From NCBI GenBank assembly GCA_038128265.1, contig JAYPJE010000064.1, forward strand, positions 1-21,102: a DNA stretch of 21,102 nucleotides, given 5' to 3'. This document shows positions 1 to 7,857 of the stretch, one piece after another (positions within the stretch are counted from its first letter, which is position 1; every line of letters starts with the position of its first letter). Both the position numbers and the translations under genes were made by a program. Under the pieces are notes generated by a model. It was given only the letters and a program-made list of their open reading frames with translations, made no database searches and was not told the origin of the DNA. Source of the DNA: Gemmatimonadota bacterium (GTDB lineage Bacteria; Latescibacterota; UBA2968; UBA8231).

Positions 1-2
1 TG

Positions 3-539
3 GATCTGCTCGACTACTTCGCCGGCCCGCTAGACTGGCTCTGCGGCCTGGCCGAACAGCGCCAGCGCCCCTGGGCCGTCGAAGATTTTGCTGCGGCCTT
101 TATGAAGTTCAAAAGCGGCGTCAGCGCCCTGCTGCACGCCGCCGAGCTGACCGACTACACCGATCACGCCTTTGAGCTGCGCGGCGAGAAGGGCCTTATT
201 CGCATCAGCGGTGAAAAGGTGCAGCTGCTGCAGTCGCAGCTGGCCCTGTCCGAACCCGACAGCGGCTTTGAGTGGAGTCGCCTGCAGGAAAGCCCCATTG
301 AACACCCGCCCGCCGCATCGACTTACGTAGCGGCCCTAAACGAACTGATTGGCGCCCTCGAGGGCACGGCATCGCTGCGCAGCGACGGCCACGTCGGTCG
401 CCGCTCGCTGGAAATGGTCCACGCCGTCTACCAATCGCAGCTAGCTGGCAATGGCCCCGTGCACTTCCCCGTCGACCTGACCTCTTCCGGCGTCGATGCA
501 CTGCGCCGCGCAGGCCAATTCGTCGACAAAAACACATAG
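3..539 (+). CDS. Gfo/Idh/MocA family oxidoreductase, C-terminal part (5' truncated by window edge)
   Basis: The frame stays open upstream of ORF 102 to the window start (DLLDYFAGPLDWLCG...VEDFAAAFMKFKSGVSA). It has the typical GFO C-domain pattern 'DLLxxxxG', 'ED.A...F.SG', 'ELRGEKGLI' and 'GRRSLEMVHAVYQS'. Confidence 0.8.
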   Translation, partial: DLLDYFAGPLDWLCGLAEQRQRPWAVEDFAAAFMKFKSGVSALLHAAELTDYTDHAFELRGEKGLIRISGEKVQLLQSQLALSEPDSGFEWSRLQESPIEHPPAASTYVAALNELIGALEGTASLRSDGHVGRRSLEMVHAVYQSQLAGNGPVHFPVDLTSSGVDALRRAGQFVDKNT

Positions 540-544
540 AAACA

Positions 545-580
545 AAGAGGCCCGCTCCTCACAGGGGAAGCGGGCCTCTT
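545..580. terminator. Hairpin between convergent genes, probable bidirectional intrinsic terminator
   Basis: Perfect 12-bp inverted repeat AAGAGGCCCGCT (545-556) / AGCGGGCCTCTT (569-580), located between the stop at 539 and the stop at 606. Confidence 0.75.
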
Positions 581-605
581 CGCCTATTGGCGATCGGAAC
601 AGCGC

Positions 606-1364
606 TTAGAAGGTATAGAGAGTGGTGCCTTCCACGCCGTCGATCAGGATCACTACTTGATCCAGTGAAGAATATACTTTTTTAAGCGGGCTTATGTCAA
701 AAAATAGGTCGCGCGTCAGATAGGCCTCACAGGCATCACCGTGGGCATCGTGGACCAGATGCAGTCGGTGCTGAGGTGGAATAGAGCGCGTGGCAATGCC
801 CGTGTCCAGCAGCACAAAGTCGTGCGTGGCGCAGCCGCCGCTGTAGCGCACCTGCACGGCGAGTATATCGCCCTCTATGCGCACGCTGCTGACGTCAAAC
901 GGATCGCTCTTAGCGTCGACGCCCACGCCGTCGGCCAACAGCAGCGTATCGCTCCGAGTCAGTCCCATATCAGTGCCCGCCGCAACGCACTGGCCGTCGC
1001 GCGAGTCCAGCGCCGGTTCAACGACCAGCGCGCAGTCTGAGACGGCGCCGTAGCGCGTGTTTAGATCGGACTCCAGCGCGTTGTACTCCCGCACTTTTGC
1101 GTCCAATGCTGCTGAGTCCGTCTGCGCCGTCGAGTAGACTAGGTATTCCCACGGACCGCCACAGGGCTTGGCTCCCAGCGCGAGCGAACGACAGGTCGAT
1201 ACCGGCCCGCTGGCGTCGATCATTTGCTCTATCTCGATGCGCATAGCGGCCAGCGTTTCTTGCCCTTCAGCCAGGCTAAGCGGATTCTCTCCCGCGCGCT
1301 CGTCGGCGGCGTCGCAGGCACTTAGTGCGAGTATAAACGCCAGTATCACCATAAAAGTATGCAT
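606..1364 (-). CDS. Putative lipoprotein with two Cys-containing domains (C-terminal domain NigD-like)
   Basis: ATG at 1364 gives MHTFMVILAFILALSA-C, a hydrophobic stretch followed by lipobox LSAC. Domain 1 has 'C..LALGAKPCGGPWEYLVYS...SDC...GQC'. Domain 2 has 'YSGGC.THDF.L...SIPPQ..L.L.H....DACEA....FDISPL'. Confidence 0.75.
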   Translation of the reverse strand: MHTFMVILAFILALSACDAADERAGENPLSLAEGQETLAAMRIEIEQMIDASGPVSTCRSLALGAKPCGGPWEYLVYSTAQTDSAALDAKVREYNALESDLNTRYGAVSDCALVVEPALDSRDGQCVAAGTDMGLTRSDTLLLADGVGVDAKSDPFDVSSVRIEGDILAVQVRYSGGCATHDFVLLDTGIATRSIPPQHRLHLVHDAHGDACEAYLTRDLFFDISPLKKVYSSLDQVVILIDGVEGTTLYTF

Positions 1365-1609
1365 GCAGTTTACCCCTATTGGCCCTTCGCAAGGGCGCAG
1401 CGCGCAACGGTGCTGCCGCTCCTGCCAGAATAGCAAAAGCCAACGTCCGTTCTACGCACCTGTTCCCCGTACTCGTAAAACTGCCCAAGTCATCTACCAT
1501 CCGCAATAGGTCGCATCGGCATCGCACCCGTTGAACGCTATTTGTCGCCGGATAATCCTTGCCCTATTTTCCCGCCACCATCTACCCCTACTCGGCAATG
1601 GAGACGCAC

Positions 1610-2629
1610 ATGGCCAAGACGACAACGGCAAAAGGGAAAAAGACCGCCGCGCGCAAAGCGCCGCGCAAGAAAGTTCGCATCGCTCTAATCGGCGCCGGTG
1701 GTCGCTCTACTAGCACGCACTACCCCGCCCTGCACGATATTCCACAGGCCGATGTCGTGGCCGCCTGCGACCTAGATGAAAATCGCCTACAGTCGGCCTG
1801 CAACCGCTTTGGCATTCGCGGCCGCTACAGCGACTACCGCGAGATGATCGAGCGCGAAAAGCCCGATGCTGTCTACGCCATCATGCCGCCGCACCACCTC
1901 TACGACGTGTCAGCCGATATTATCGAACGCGGCTGCCACCTCTTCGTGGAAAAGCCGCCAGCCGTCACCACCGAGCAGACGCGCCAGCTAGCCCTGCTGG
2001 CCAAAAAGCACAAGGTGCTCACCGGCGTCACGTTTCAACGGCGCTTCTCACCGCTGATCCGCCGCGGCAAGGCACAGTGCGAAAAACGCGGCCGCGTGCA
2101 CACGGCCCACGCCAGTTTTTACAAGAATTGGGTCGGCGCCGGTGCCTACTACAAGGGCGGAATGGACATGCTGACAGCCGACGGCATCCACGCCGTTGAC
2201 ACGCTGCGCTATCTGTGCGGTGGCGAGGTTGAAAGCGTAGCCGCCGACTCGCGCCGGCTCGACGCCGACCACTGGAATCTCCACCTAGCGCTCATCAAGT
2301 TTAGCTCGGGGGCCACCGGCCTGCTGCTCAACAACTTCATGGCCGGTCGGCGCATTTTTTCCGTGGAAATCCACTCACCTGGTATCTCCTTTTTCGGCGA
2401 CCCAGAAGAGGGCGGCCAGCTCTTTGCCGACAACAAGCTCGATCCCGTAGAAGCGCTTGACCCCTTTGCCATGGCCGACAGCCAAGAGGCCTATCGCGCC
2501 TTTGGACCCTATGAAATGAACCAGCACTTTGTCGACTGCATGCTCAAGGGCAAACAGCCCGAGACCAACTTTGACGACGCGCTGAAAACCATGCAGCTGG
2601 TCGACGCAATCTACCAGTCGCAGCTATAG
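1610..2629 (+). CDS. Gfo/Idh/MocA family NAD(P)-dependent oxidoreductase
   Basis: Rossmann motif 'IALIGAG', plus 'ACDLD', 'PPHHL', 'FVEKP', 'FQRRF' and 'GIHAVD'. GGAG RBS lies upstream of ATG 1610. Confidence 0.92.
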   Translation: MAKTTTAKGKKTAARKAPRKKVRIALIGAGGRSTSTHYPALHDIPQADVVAACDLDENRLQSACNRFGIRGRYSDYREMIEREKPDAVYAIMPPHHLYDVSADIIERGCHLFVEKPPAVTTEQTRQLALLAKKHKVLTGVTFQRRFSPLIRRGKAQCEKRGRVHTAHASFYKNWVGAGAYYKGGMDMLTADGIHAVDTLRYLCGGEVESVAADSRRLDADHWNLHLALIKFSSGATGLLLNNFMAGRRIFSVEIHSPGISFFGDPEEGGQLFADNKLDPVEALDPFAMADSQEAYRAFGPYEMNQHFVDCMLKGKQPETNFDDALKTMQLVDAIYQSQL

Positions 2630-2639
2630 GGTGAGAGAT

Positions 2640-3182
2640 ATGACAGGAGAATTGAAACCGGCCAATCGCTTTCAGGAGGCCTTTGGCCTGCCGGTCGCAG
2701 GTGCGCGCACCAAAGTGCGCGACTTTATGGAAGAGCACGTCGTGGACTTTATCCGCCGCGCGCCCTTTGCCGTGCTGGCCACCAGCGATGCGCAGGGGCA
2801 CTGCGACGCCTCGCCGCGCGGCGGCACGCCCGGCTTTGTGCGCGTACTCGACGAGCGGCGCCTGCTCCTGCCCGACGTGGCCGGCAACCGCCTCTTCCAA
2901 AGCTACGGCAACGTCGATAGCAACGGCCACGTCGGCCTGCTGTTTTTCATCCCCGGCAACGAGCGCACCGTGCGGGTCAACGGACGCGCACGGCCCATAG
3001 ACCAAGTGGAAGCCGAAGCCCTGCAGGCTGAGCTATCGGTCTACTGGCACGACGACAACACCAAGCTCGTGCAGGGACTGCTCATCGATGTAGACGAGGC
3101 CTACGGCCACTGCCCGCGCGCGCTGAAGTTTTCCAAGCTGTGGGACGTGGAGACGATCGAGAAGAATCGCCTAGAAGAATAG
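2640..3182 (+). CDS. Pyridoxamine 5'-phosphate oxidase-related FMN-binding split-barrel protein (MSMEG_1061-like)
   Basis: Motifs 'FAVLAT', 'DASPRGG.PGFV', 'LPDVAGNRL', 'GLLFFIPG', 'RVNGRA' and 'HCPRA'. Alternative GTG start at 2631. Lies directly after the oxidoreductase. Confidence 0.88.
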   Translation: MTGELKPANRFQEAFGLPVAGARTKVRDFMEEHVVDFIRRAPFAVLATSDAQGHCDASPRGGTPGFVRVLDERRLLLPDVAGNRLFQSYGNVDSNGHVGLLFFIPGNERTVRVNGRARPIDQVEAEALQAELSVYWHDDNTKLVQGLLIDVDEAYGHCPRALKFSKLWDVETIEKNRLEE

Positions 3183-3314
3183 TAGCCGACCTGCGCTAGT
3201 GGATGGCCACGCAGCATCCCGCATTCGATCCCCTGGCGATATTTCCTCGGCGCGCTACCGACGGACAGAGCCAGCCCTGGCAACCCCCGCTCGCACTGGG
3301 CGTCCCAAAGGGCC

Positions 3315-3818
3315 TCATCCATCTTCAGTACGCGAGGGCACGTCCATGACGCGCCAGGCCTGCCCTGTTTTAGCCAGAAAACGCTCGATATCGGCTCGTC
3401 CAATAACTAGGGTCGCCGTATTAACCAGCGGATGACACTGTAACGCCGATGCGGACCACACCGCGCGATCGATCACGACCTCCACCGCCTTATCCACGTC
3501 GTTAAACAGCGCCAACAGCGTCACCGCACCCGGCTCGACGCCGAGGTGGCCTTGCAGGCGTTCGCGCGATGCCATGCTCAGCTTGTCGGCGTTCAGCAAA
3601 CGGGCCAACTCCTGGAGGTCGACGCGCTTGTCGCCGCTCACGACCACAAGGACGTGCCGCCGTCCCTTGCGGTCGCGCAAGAATAGGTTCTTGGTGTGCG
3701 CCCCAGGCAGTTCCGGCACCTTCTGCTCGGCCTCGGCATAGGTGTAGACGGGCGGGTGCTCTACTTTCTGATACTCGATACCCCAGGCGTCGAGCTGCCC
3801 TTCAATAGTTGCTGACAT
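3315..3818 (-). CDS. proX: YbaK/ProX family aminoacyl-tRNA editing (deacylase) protein, ProXp-ala-like
   Basis: Motifs 'EHPPVYT', 'TKNLFLRD', 'LGVEPGAVT' and 'HPLVNTAT' match the ProX/PrdX subfamily. Confidence 0.85.
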   Translation of the reverse strand: MSATIEGQLDAWGIEYQKVEHPPVYTYAEAEQKVPELPGAHTKNLFLRDRKGRRHVLVVVSGDKRVDLQELARLLNADKLSMASRERLQGHLGVEPGAVTLLALFNDVDKAVEVVIDRAVWSASALQCHPLVNTATLVIGRADIERFLAKTGQAWRVMDVPSRTEDG

Positions 3819-3833
3819 GGCGCAGGCTGCCCC

Positions 3834-4613
3834 CTAATTGTAGCGCATGATGTCGCGCAAGAAGTCGACAAACTCGATATCGTAGCGCGCCTGTAGCTGC
3901 CGAGCCGATTGCAGCAGGGATCGATCGTCAAGCGCAGGAGGAACGAAGTTAAAGGCGAGCGCCACCGTGTTGCGCTTGCCGGCAACGGGCAGGAACAGCA
4001 CGCGGCCGGCAAAAGCCGACTGCAGCCGCTCGCCGATGCGCGCCAAATAGGCTTCCTTATCGCCCGTCCACAAATTGGCTGCCAGCACGCCGCGCTCGCT
4101 CAAAATCTGCTGGCAGCGCGCAAAGAGATCGGGCTGGTCGAGCACCGGCGCCATGCCGTCGCGGTTGTGCAAATCAATAAGTAACCAGTCGTAGGGGCCA
4201 ATGTCTTGGCGCGCGAGGTATTCTTCGGCCTTCTGTATATTCAGCGTCAGGCGCGCGTCCTCGGGCAGGGCAAAGTAGGTGCGCGCCACGGCGGCGACGC
4301 GCGCACGCATTTCCACCGCGTCGACGCGGCAGTCTTCAAACTGATGCAGGAGAAACTTGGGCAGTGATCCACCGCCCAAACCTAGCATCAGCGCCGAGCT
4401 CGGCGTCGGAGCGAAGAGCAGGCCACCGAGCATACAGCGCGTGTAGGAGAGCGCCAGCCGCGCTGGATCGGCCATCAGCATCGTGCTCTGCCGCGCCGTC
4501 GAGCCAAAGTGCAGCGTGCGCGACGTGGCCTCCTGCACTACCGCAATGTCGCCGTATTCGTCCCGCTCTGAATGGATGACCTCCCCCTTATAGACCGGTA
4601 TCTTATCGGCCAT
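3834..4613 (-). CDS. Spermidine synthase-like class I SAM-dependent transferase
   Basis: Start MADKIPVY (ATG 4613). Motifs 'RTLHFG...RQS', 'LSYTRCM', the SAM motif 'LMLGLGGGSL', 'DAVEM', 'YDWLLID' and 'GVLAANLW'. The upstream ORF extension overlaps the sulfatase gene and was discarded. Confidence 0.85.
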   Translation of the reverse strand: MADKIPVYKGEVIHSERDEYGDIAVVQEATSRTLHFGSTARQSTMLMADPARLALSYTRCMLGGLLFAPTPSSALMLGLGGGSLPKFLLHQFEDCRVDAVEMRARVAAVARTYFALPEDARLTLNIQKAEEYLARQDIGPYDWLLIDLHNRDGMAPVLDQPDLFARCQQILSERGVLAANLWTGDKEAYLARIGERLQSAFAGRVLFLPVAGKRNTVALAFNFVPPALDDRSLLQSARQLQARYDIEFVDFLRDIMRYN

Positions 4614-4642
4614 TCCACCCCGCAGCCGCTCCCACAAATGCG

Positions 4643-6124
4643 CTAGCCGCGCCAAGCGCGCTCCACCTCTGCGGCGCGCTCCTTCCACCGGTTGTAGTTG
4701 GGCGAGAGGGCCAGCGCGCCGTCGGGCTGCGCTACAAGTCGACCGCCCTGGCCGCGCGGATCGCCGCGCTCTTCGTTGACCTGTGCAAGGCGCTGACGCC
4801 ACTTCTCGACGCGCGCCTGTTGGCCCGGATCGGCGGACAAATCTCGACACTCGCCCGGGTCGTCGACCAGATCGAAAAACTGTTCCTTACCGGTATGGTG
4901 AAACCAGATATACTTTTCTCTGCCGTCGGTCACGTACTGCATGCCGTGCGCGCGCGTGTAGCACGAGGTGTGCTCACCCTGCACAAAGTCGCGCCAACCG
5001 TCGCGCTCGCCGCGGGCCAACTTGAGCAGGCTCTGGCCGTCGACCGATGCGGGAGTCTCTGCGCCGGCCGCATCGAGCAGCGTCGGCATGATATCGCGCA
5101 GCTCGACGGGCGCCTCGATCGTCTGGCCCCGCGGCAGGTCCCACGACAGCGGGTAGCGCACGATAAAGGGTATGCGCGCAGAGCCCTCGTAGGCATAGGT
5201 CTTACGCCAGTGGTGGTGGTCGCCCATCATGTCGCCGTGGTCGGAGGTGAAGACGATGAGCGTGTCGCGCAGCCCCTGCGGATCGCGCTTGTTAAACTCA
5301 TAGAGCAATCGACCGATCTGGTGATCAATAAAGGTGATATTGCCGTAGTAACCCGCCCGGCCGCGCCGCGTTTCGCGCGCGCTGCGCCGCGTGCGCGGCG
5401 CATTGGTATCAGCCACCTTCCGATCGAACTCCGCCGCCCACTCGCCGACGTAGGGTTCGGGAATATCCGGATGTTCGTCATACATATCCCAATAGGCCTG
5501 CGGCGGGTCGTAGGGCGAATGCGGGCGTGCAAAAGAGAGCCAGAGAAAAAATGGCTTGGTCGGATCGCGGCGCTCGACAAAGTCGATGCCTTCGCTCGCC
5601 GTCCAATAGGTCGGGTGCAGATGTTCGGGCAAGTGCGAGGGGCGCGCCATCCAGCTATTCCAGTCAATGCTGTGATCGCGATAGCCGTACTCGCCTTCTT
5701 TGTGGCGATCGAAATAGCGGTGGTAGTCACTGTAGAAGCCCGGGTCGCGCCGGCCGCTCTCGTCAAGCACCATGTGGTGAAAGCCGTAGAGGCGGCGCTG
5801 CGGCGCGTGGTGCGCCTTGCCGATGAGTTGGGTGTGGTAGCCAACCTTAGCCAATTCACCGGGCAGAGTCGCCGGATACTCCAGCGCATCGCTGCCAGTC
5901 ATCGTCAGACGCCCGTGGTTCCACTGATCCATGCCGGTGATAATGCCGGCGCGGGCCGGCGTGCACGAAGGCACCGATGTGTAGGCGTGTGGCAGATAGG
6001 CACCCGCTTCGGCCAACTCATCCAAGTAGGGCGTTTCCAGCACGGGATGTCCGGCACAGCCCAGGCAGTCACCGCGCTGCTGGTCGGTAGTAATAAGCAG
6101 CAGGTTGGGTCGCTTTTGCGGCAT
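4643..6124 (-). CDS. Sulfatase (Cys-type, formylglycine-dependent arylsulfatase/choline-sulfatase-like), no signal peptide
   Basis: Motifs 'RPNLLLITTDQQR', sulfatase signature 'CTPARAGIITG', 'GKAH', 'PHSPY', 'TSDHG' and 'DLVDDPGE'. Confidence 0.95.
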   Translation of the reverse strand: MPQKRPNLLLITTDQQRGDCLGCAGHPVLETPYLDELAEAGAYLPHAYTSVPSCTPARAGIITGMDQWNHGRLTMTGSDALEYPATLPGELAKVGYHTQLIGKAHHAPQRRLYGFHHMVLDESGRRDPGFYSDYHRYFDRHKEGEYGYRDHSIDWNSWMARPSHLPEHLHPTYWTASEGIDFVERRDPTKPFFLWLSFARPHSPYDPPQAYWDMYDEHPDIPEPYVGEWAAEFDRKVADTNAPRTRRSARETRRGRAGYYGNITFIDHQIGRLLYEFNKRDPQGLRDTLIVFTSDHGDMMGDHHHWRKTYAYEGSARIPFIVRYPLSWDLPRGQTIEAPVELRDIMPTLLDAAGAETPASVDGQSLLKLARGERDGWRDFVQGEHTSCYTRAHGMQYVTDGREKYIWFHHTGKEQFFDLVDDPGECRDLSADPGQQARVEKWRQRLAQVNEERGDPRGQGGRLVAQPDGALALSPNYNRWKERAAEVERAWRG

Positions 6125-6235
6125 AGCACATCTCCATAACGGATGGGGCTAAAGAGGCGGTGGCAAGCAAAGTAGAACGAGGCAGAACGACGGTCAAACA
6201 GACCGTTCCGGCGCGCACGAGCGGAGGCGGTTGGC

Positions 6236-7204
6236 TCAGCGATCGGCGCGATGACCCCAGTGCGTCGCGATAAATGCGTCGAGAAAGATCTGCCCAAAAT
6301 GGAAAGTGATGCAGGGAATGGCAATCAGGCCTTTGGTCTCTTCGGGCACGGGCAAGAAGGCCAGCACCGTCACGGCTACCGGCAGCGTTTTCTGGCTGGC
6401 CAGCAGCACGACCGCCTTGCCCTCGGCCCAGCCGACGGGCAGCAGCTTAATGGCGCCCAGATTGAGTAGCAGATAGAGCACGTGTATGGCCAGTCCCGCC
6501 GCCACCAGGATCACGAGCTCCAGCGGCGCCACCTGCGTCAGGCGCTCGGACGACTGACTGAACTTCATCCACGGCACGCTGATCAGCGCCGCGTTGCTCG
6601 TCAGGCTCAAACGCGTGCGGTGCGTCGCAACCCAGTCCTCAATAAAGCGGCGCAGATACTTGCCGGCGGCCAGCGGCAGCAGGATAGAGACGCAGAGCTT
6701 GGCCAGCAGGTCGGCGGCCGACAGTTCGACTGGGCCTATGGCCTGCAACACTGGATTGAGCAAGAGGGCCAGGGCAAAGGGCACGGTGAATATGCCACCG
6801 ATATTGGTCAGCACCGTTAGCAGCAGCGCCAGCGCCACGTTGCCGCGCGCCTGAGTCGTCAGTGCAATACCCGACGAGAGCGTCGTCGGCATGCAGCAAA
6901 AGAGCGCTAAGCCAATTTGAAAGACCGGCTCCATGGGCAGGCGAACGGCAATCAGGGCACCGAGGACGGGCGTTAACAAGAGAATCGATACGCATCCCCA
7001 CAGCGTTGCCGGCCAGGCCGATACGGCTGCGCGGATTTCGTCGGTGCGCAGCAGCAGGCCCGAGACAAAAAAGATGATACTCACCGCCACATACTGCGTG
7101 GGCAGAGTCGCCATGTAAATACCCGGCTCCGGTATGGACAGGCCAACGAGCGCGACAAACACCAAGCCGACGGGCAAGAACTGTTTTTGTAGAAACGTCA
7201 ACAT
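6236..7204 (-). CDS. Bile acid:sodium symporter family (SBF-like / BASS4-like) transporter
   Basis: Multiple hydrophobic helices, with 'IFFVSGL.L', 'CCMPTTLSSG', 'GNVALAL' and 'SQKTLP'. ATG at 7204; alternative GTG at 7210. Confidence 0.9.
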   Translation of the reverse strand: MLTFLQKQFLPVGLVFVALVGLSIPEPGIYMATLPTQYVAVSIIFFVSGLLLRTDEIRAAVSAWPATLWGCVSILLLTPVLGALIAVRLPMEPVFQIGLALFCCMPTTLSSGIALTTQARGNVALALLLTVLTNIGGIFTVPFALALLLNPVLQAIGPVELSAADLLAKLCVSILLPLAAGKYLRRFIEDWVATHRTRLSLTSNAALISVPWMKFSQSSERLTQVAPLELVILVAAGLAIHVLYLLLNLGAIKLLPVGWAEGKAVVLLASQKTLPVAVTVLAFLPVPEETKGLIAIPCITFHFGQIFLDAFIATHWGHRADR

Positions 7205-7218
7205 GGGCACAAAGCTAT

Positions 7219-7250
7219 AAAAAAAACCGGGTCAGAAAAATCTGACCCGG
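7219..7250 (-). terminator. Rho-independent terminator downstream of the DtxR-like gene
   Basis: Perfect 10-bp stem CCGGGTCAGA (7227-7236) / TCTGACCCGG (7241-7250) with a 4-nt loop, followed on the minus strand by 8 T (A-run 7219-7226). Confidence 0.88.
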
Positions 7251-7273
7251 CGAACTATTTGCGCGGACTGCGT

Positions 7274-7819
7274 TCAATTGCTTCCCAGCTCTGCCAAACT
7301 GGGTTGGCCATAGCACACGTCGTCGCACAGATCGCAGTCTTCTACGTTGCCGTCGCGACAGGAAAAGGTGCTCGCATTAAACATCGACATAAAGTCGCGC
7401 GCCTGCGGTTTTTCGGAAAAGAGTACGCGCAGGAAATACACCAGGCGCGCACGCGCCTCCGAGCTAATGAGGTGTTCGACTTTGCAGGCGTCGATCATGG
7501 CGTCGTCTTCGTCCATACCCAGCGCATCGGATAGAAACTTTTGCACGACTAGGCGCGTGGCTTCCGTTTCCTGCACGACCTTGAGCCCTTTTTCCGTCAG
7601 CTCGAGAAACTTGTTGTGATCTTCCTGCACGTAGCCGCGGTCTTTCAGCAGCTTCATGGCGGTGGAAACGCTGCCCTTGGTAATGCTGAGATGCTTAGCG
7701 ATATCGGAAACGCGCGCATAGCCGCTCTGGCGGCGCAGCTCGTGAATGGACATCAGGTGGTGCGCAGCGCTGTGGCTCAGTTCGTTCTCTTCGTACGCTC
7801 TCCAAACTTCTTCAAACAT
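7274..7819 (-). CDS. DtxR/MntR family metal-dependent transcriptional regulator with Cys-rich C-terminal tail
   Basis: Winged HTH 'ARVSDIAKHLSITKGSVSTAMKLLKDRGYV', 'LTEKG' and metal motif 'DACKVEH'. GGAG RBS precedes ATG 7819. Confidence 0.9.
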   Translation of the reverse strand: MFEEVWRAYEENELSHSAAHHLMSIHELRRQSGYARVSDIAKHLSITKGSVSTAMKLLKDRGYVQEDHNKFLELTEKGLKVVQETEATRLVVQKFLSDALGMDEDDAMIDACKVEHLISSEARARLVYFLRVLFSEKPQARDFMSMFNASTFSCRDGNVEDCDLCDDVCYGQPSLAELGSN

Positions 7820-7857
7820 CGCTGATCTCTCCGTGTAATCGGCCAAATACCGCTACA

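Noticed and set aside
3183..3314. 132-nt gap between convergent genes as a possible sRNA or REP element
   Set aside because: It has only short, weak inverted repeats and no second copy was seen in the window.
4614..4850. N-terminal extension of the spermidine-synthase-like ORF (and similar extensions at 1365-1436, 1559-1609 and 11469-11648)
   Set aside because: The extensions overlap neighbouring genes or intergenic regions, are low-complexity, and precede better starts with RBS-like sequences.
4820..6139. 439-aa plus-strand ORF
   Set aside because: It lies almost entirely antisense to the well-supported sulfatase and has no recognisable motifs. This is a typical shadow ORF caused by GC-rich codon bias.
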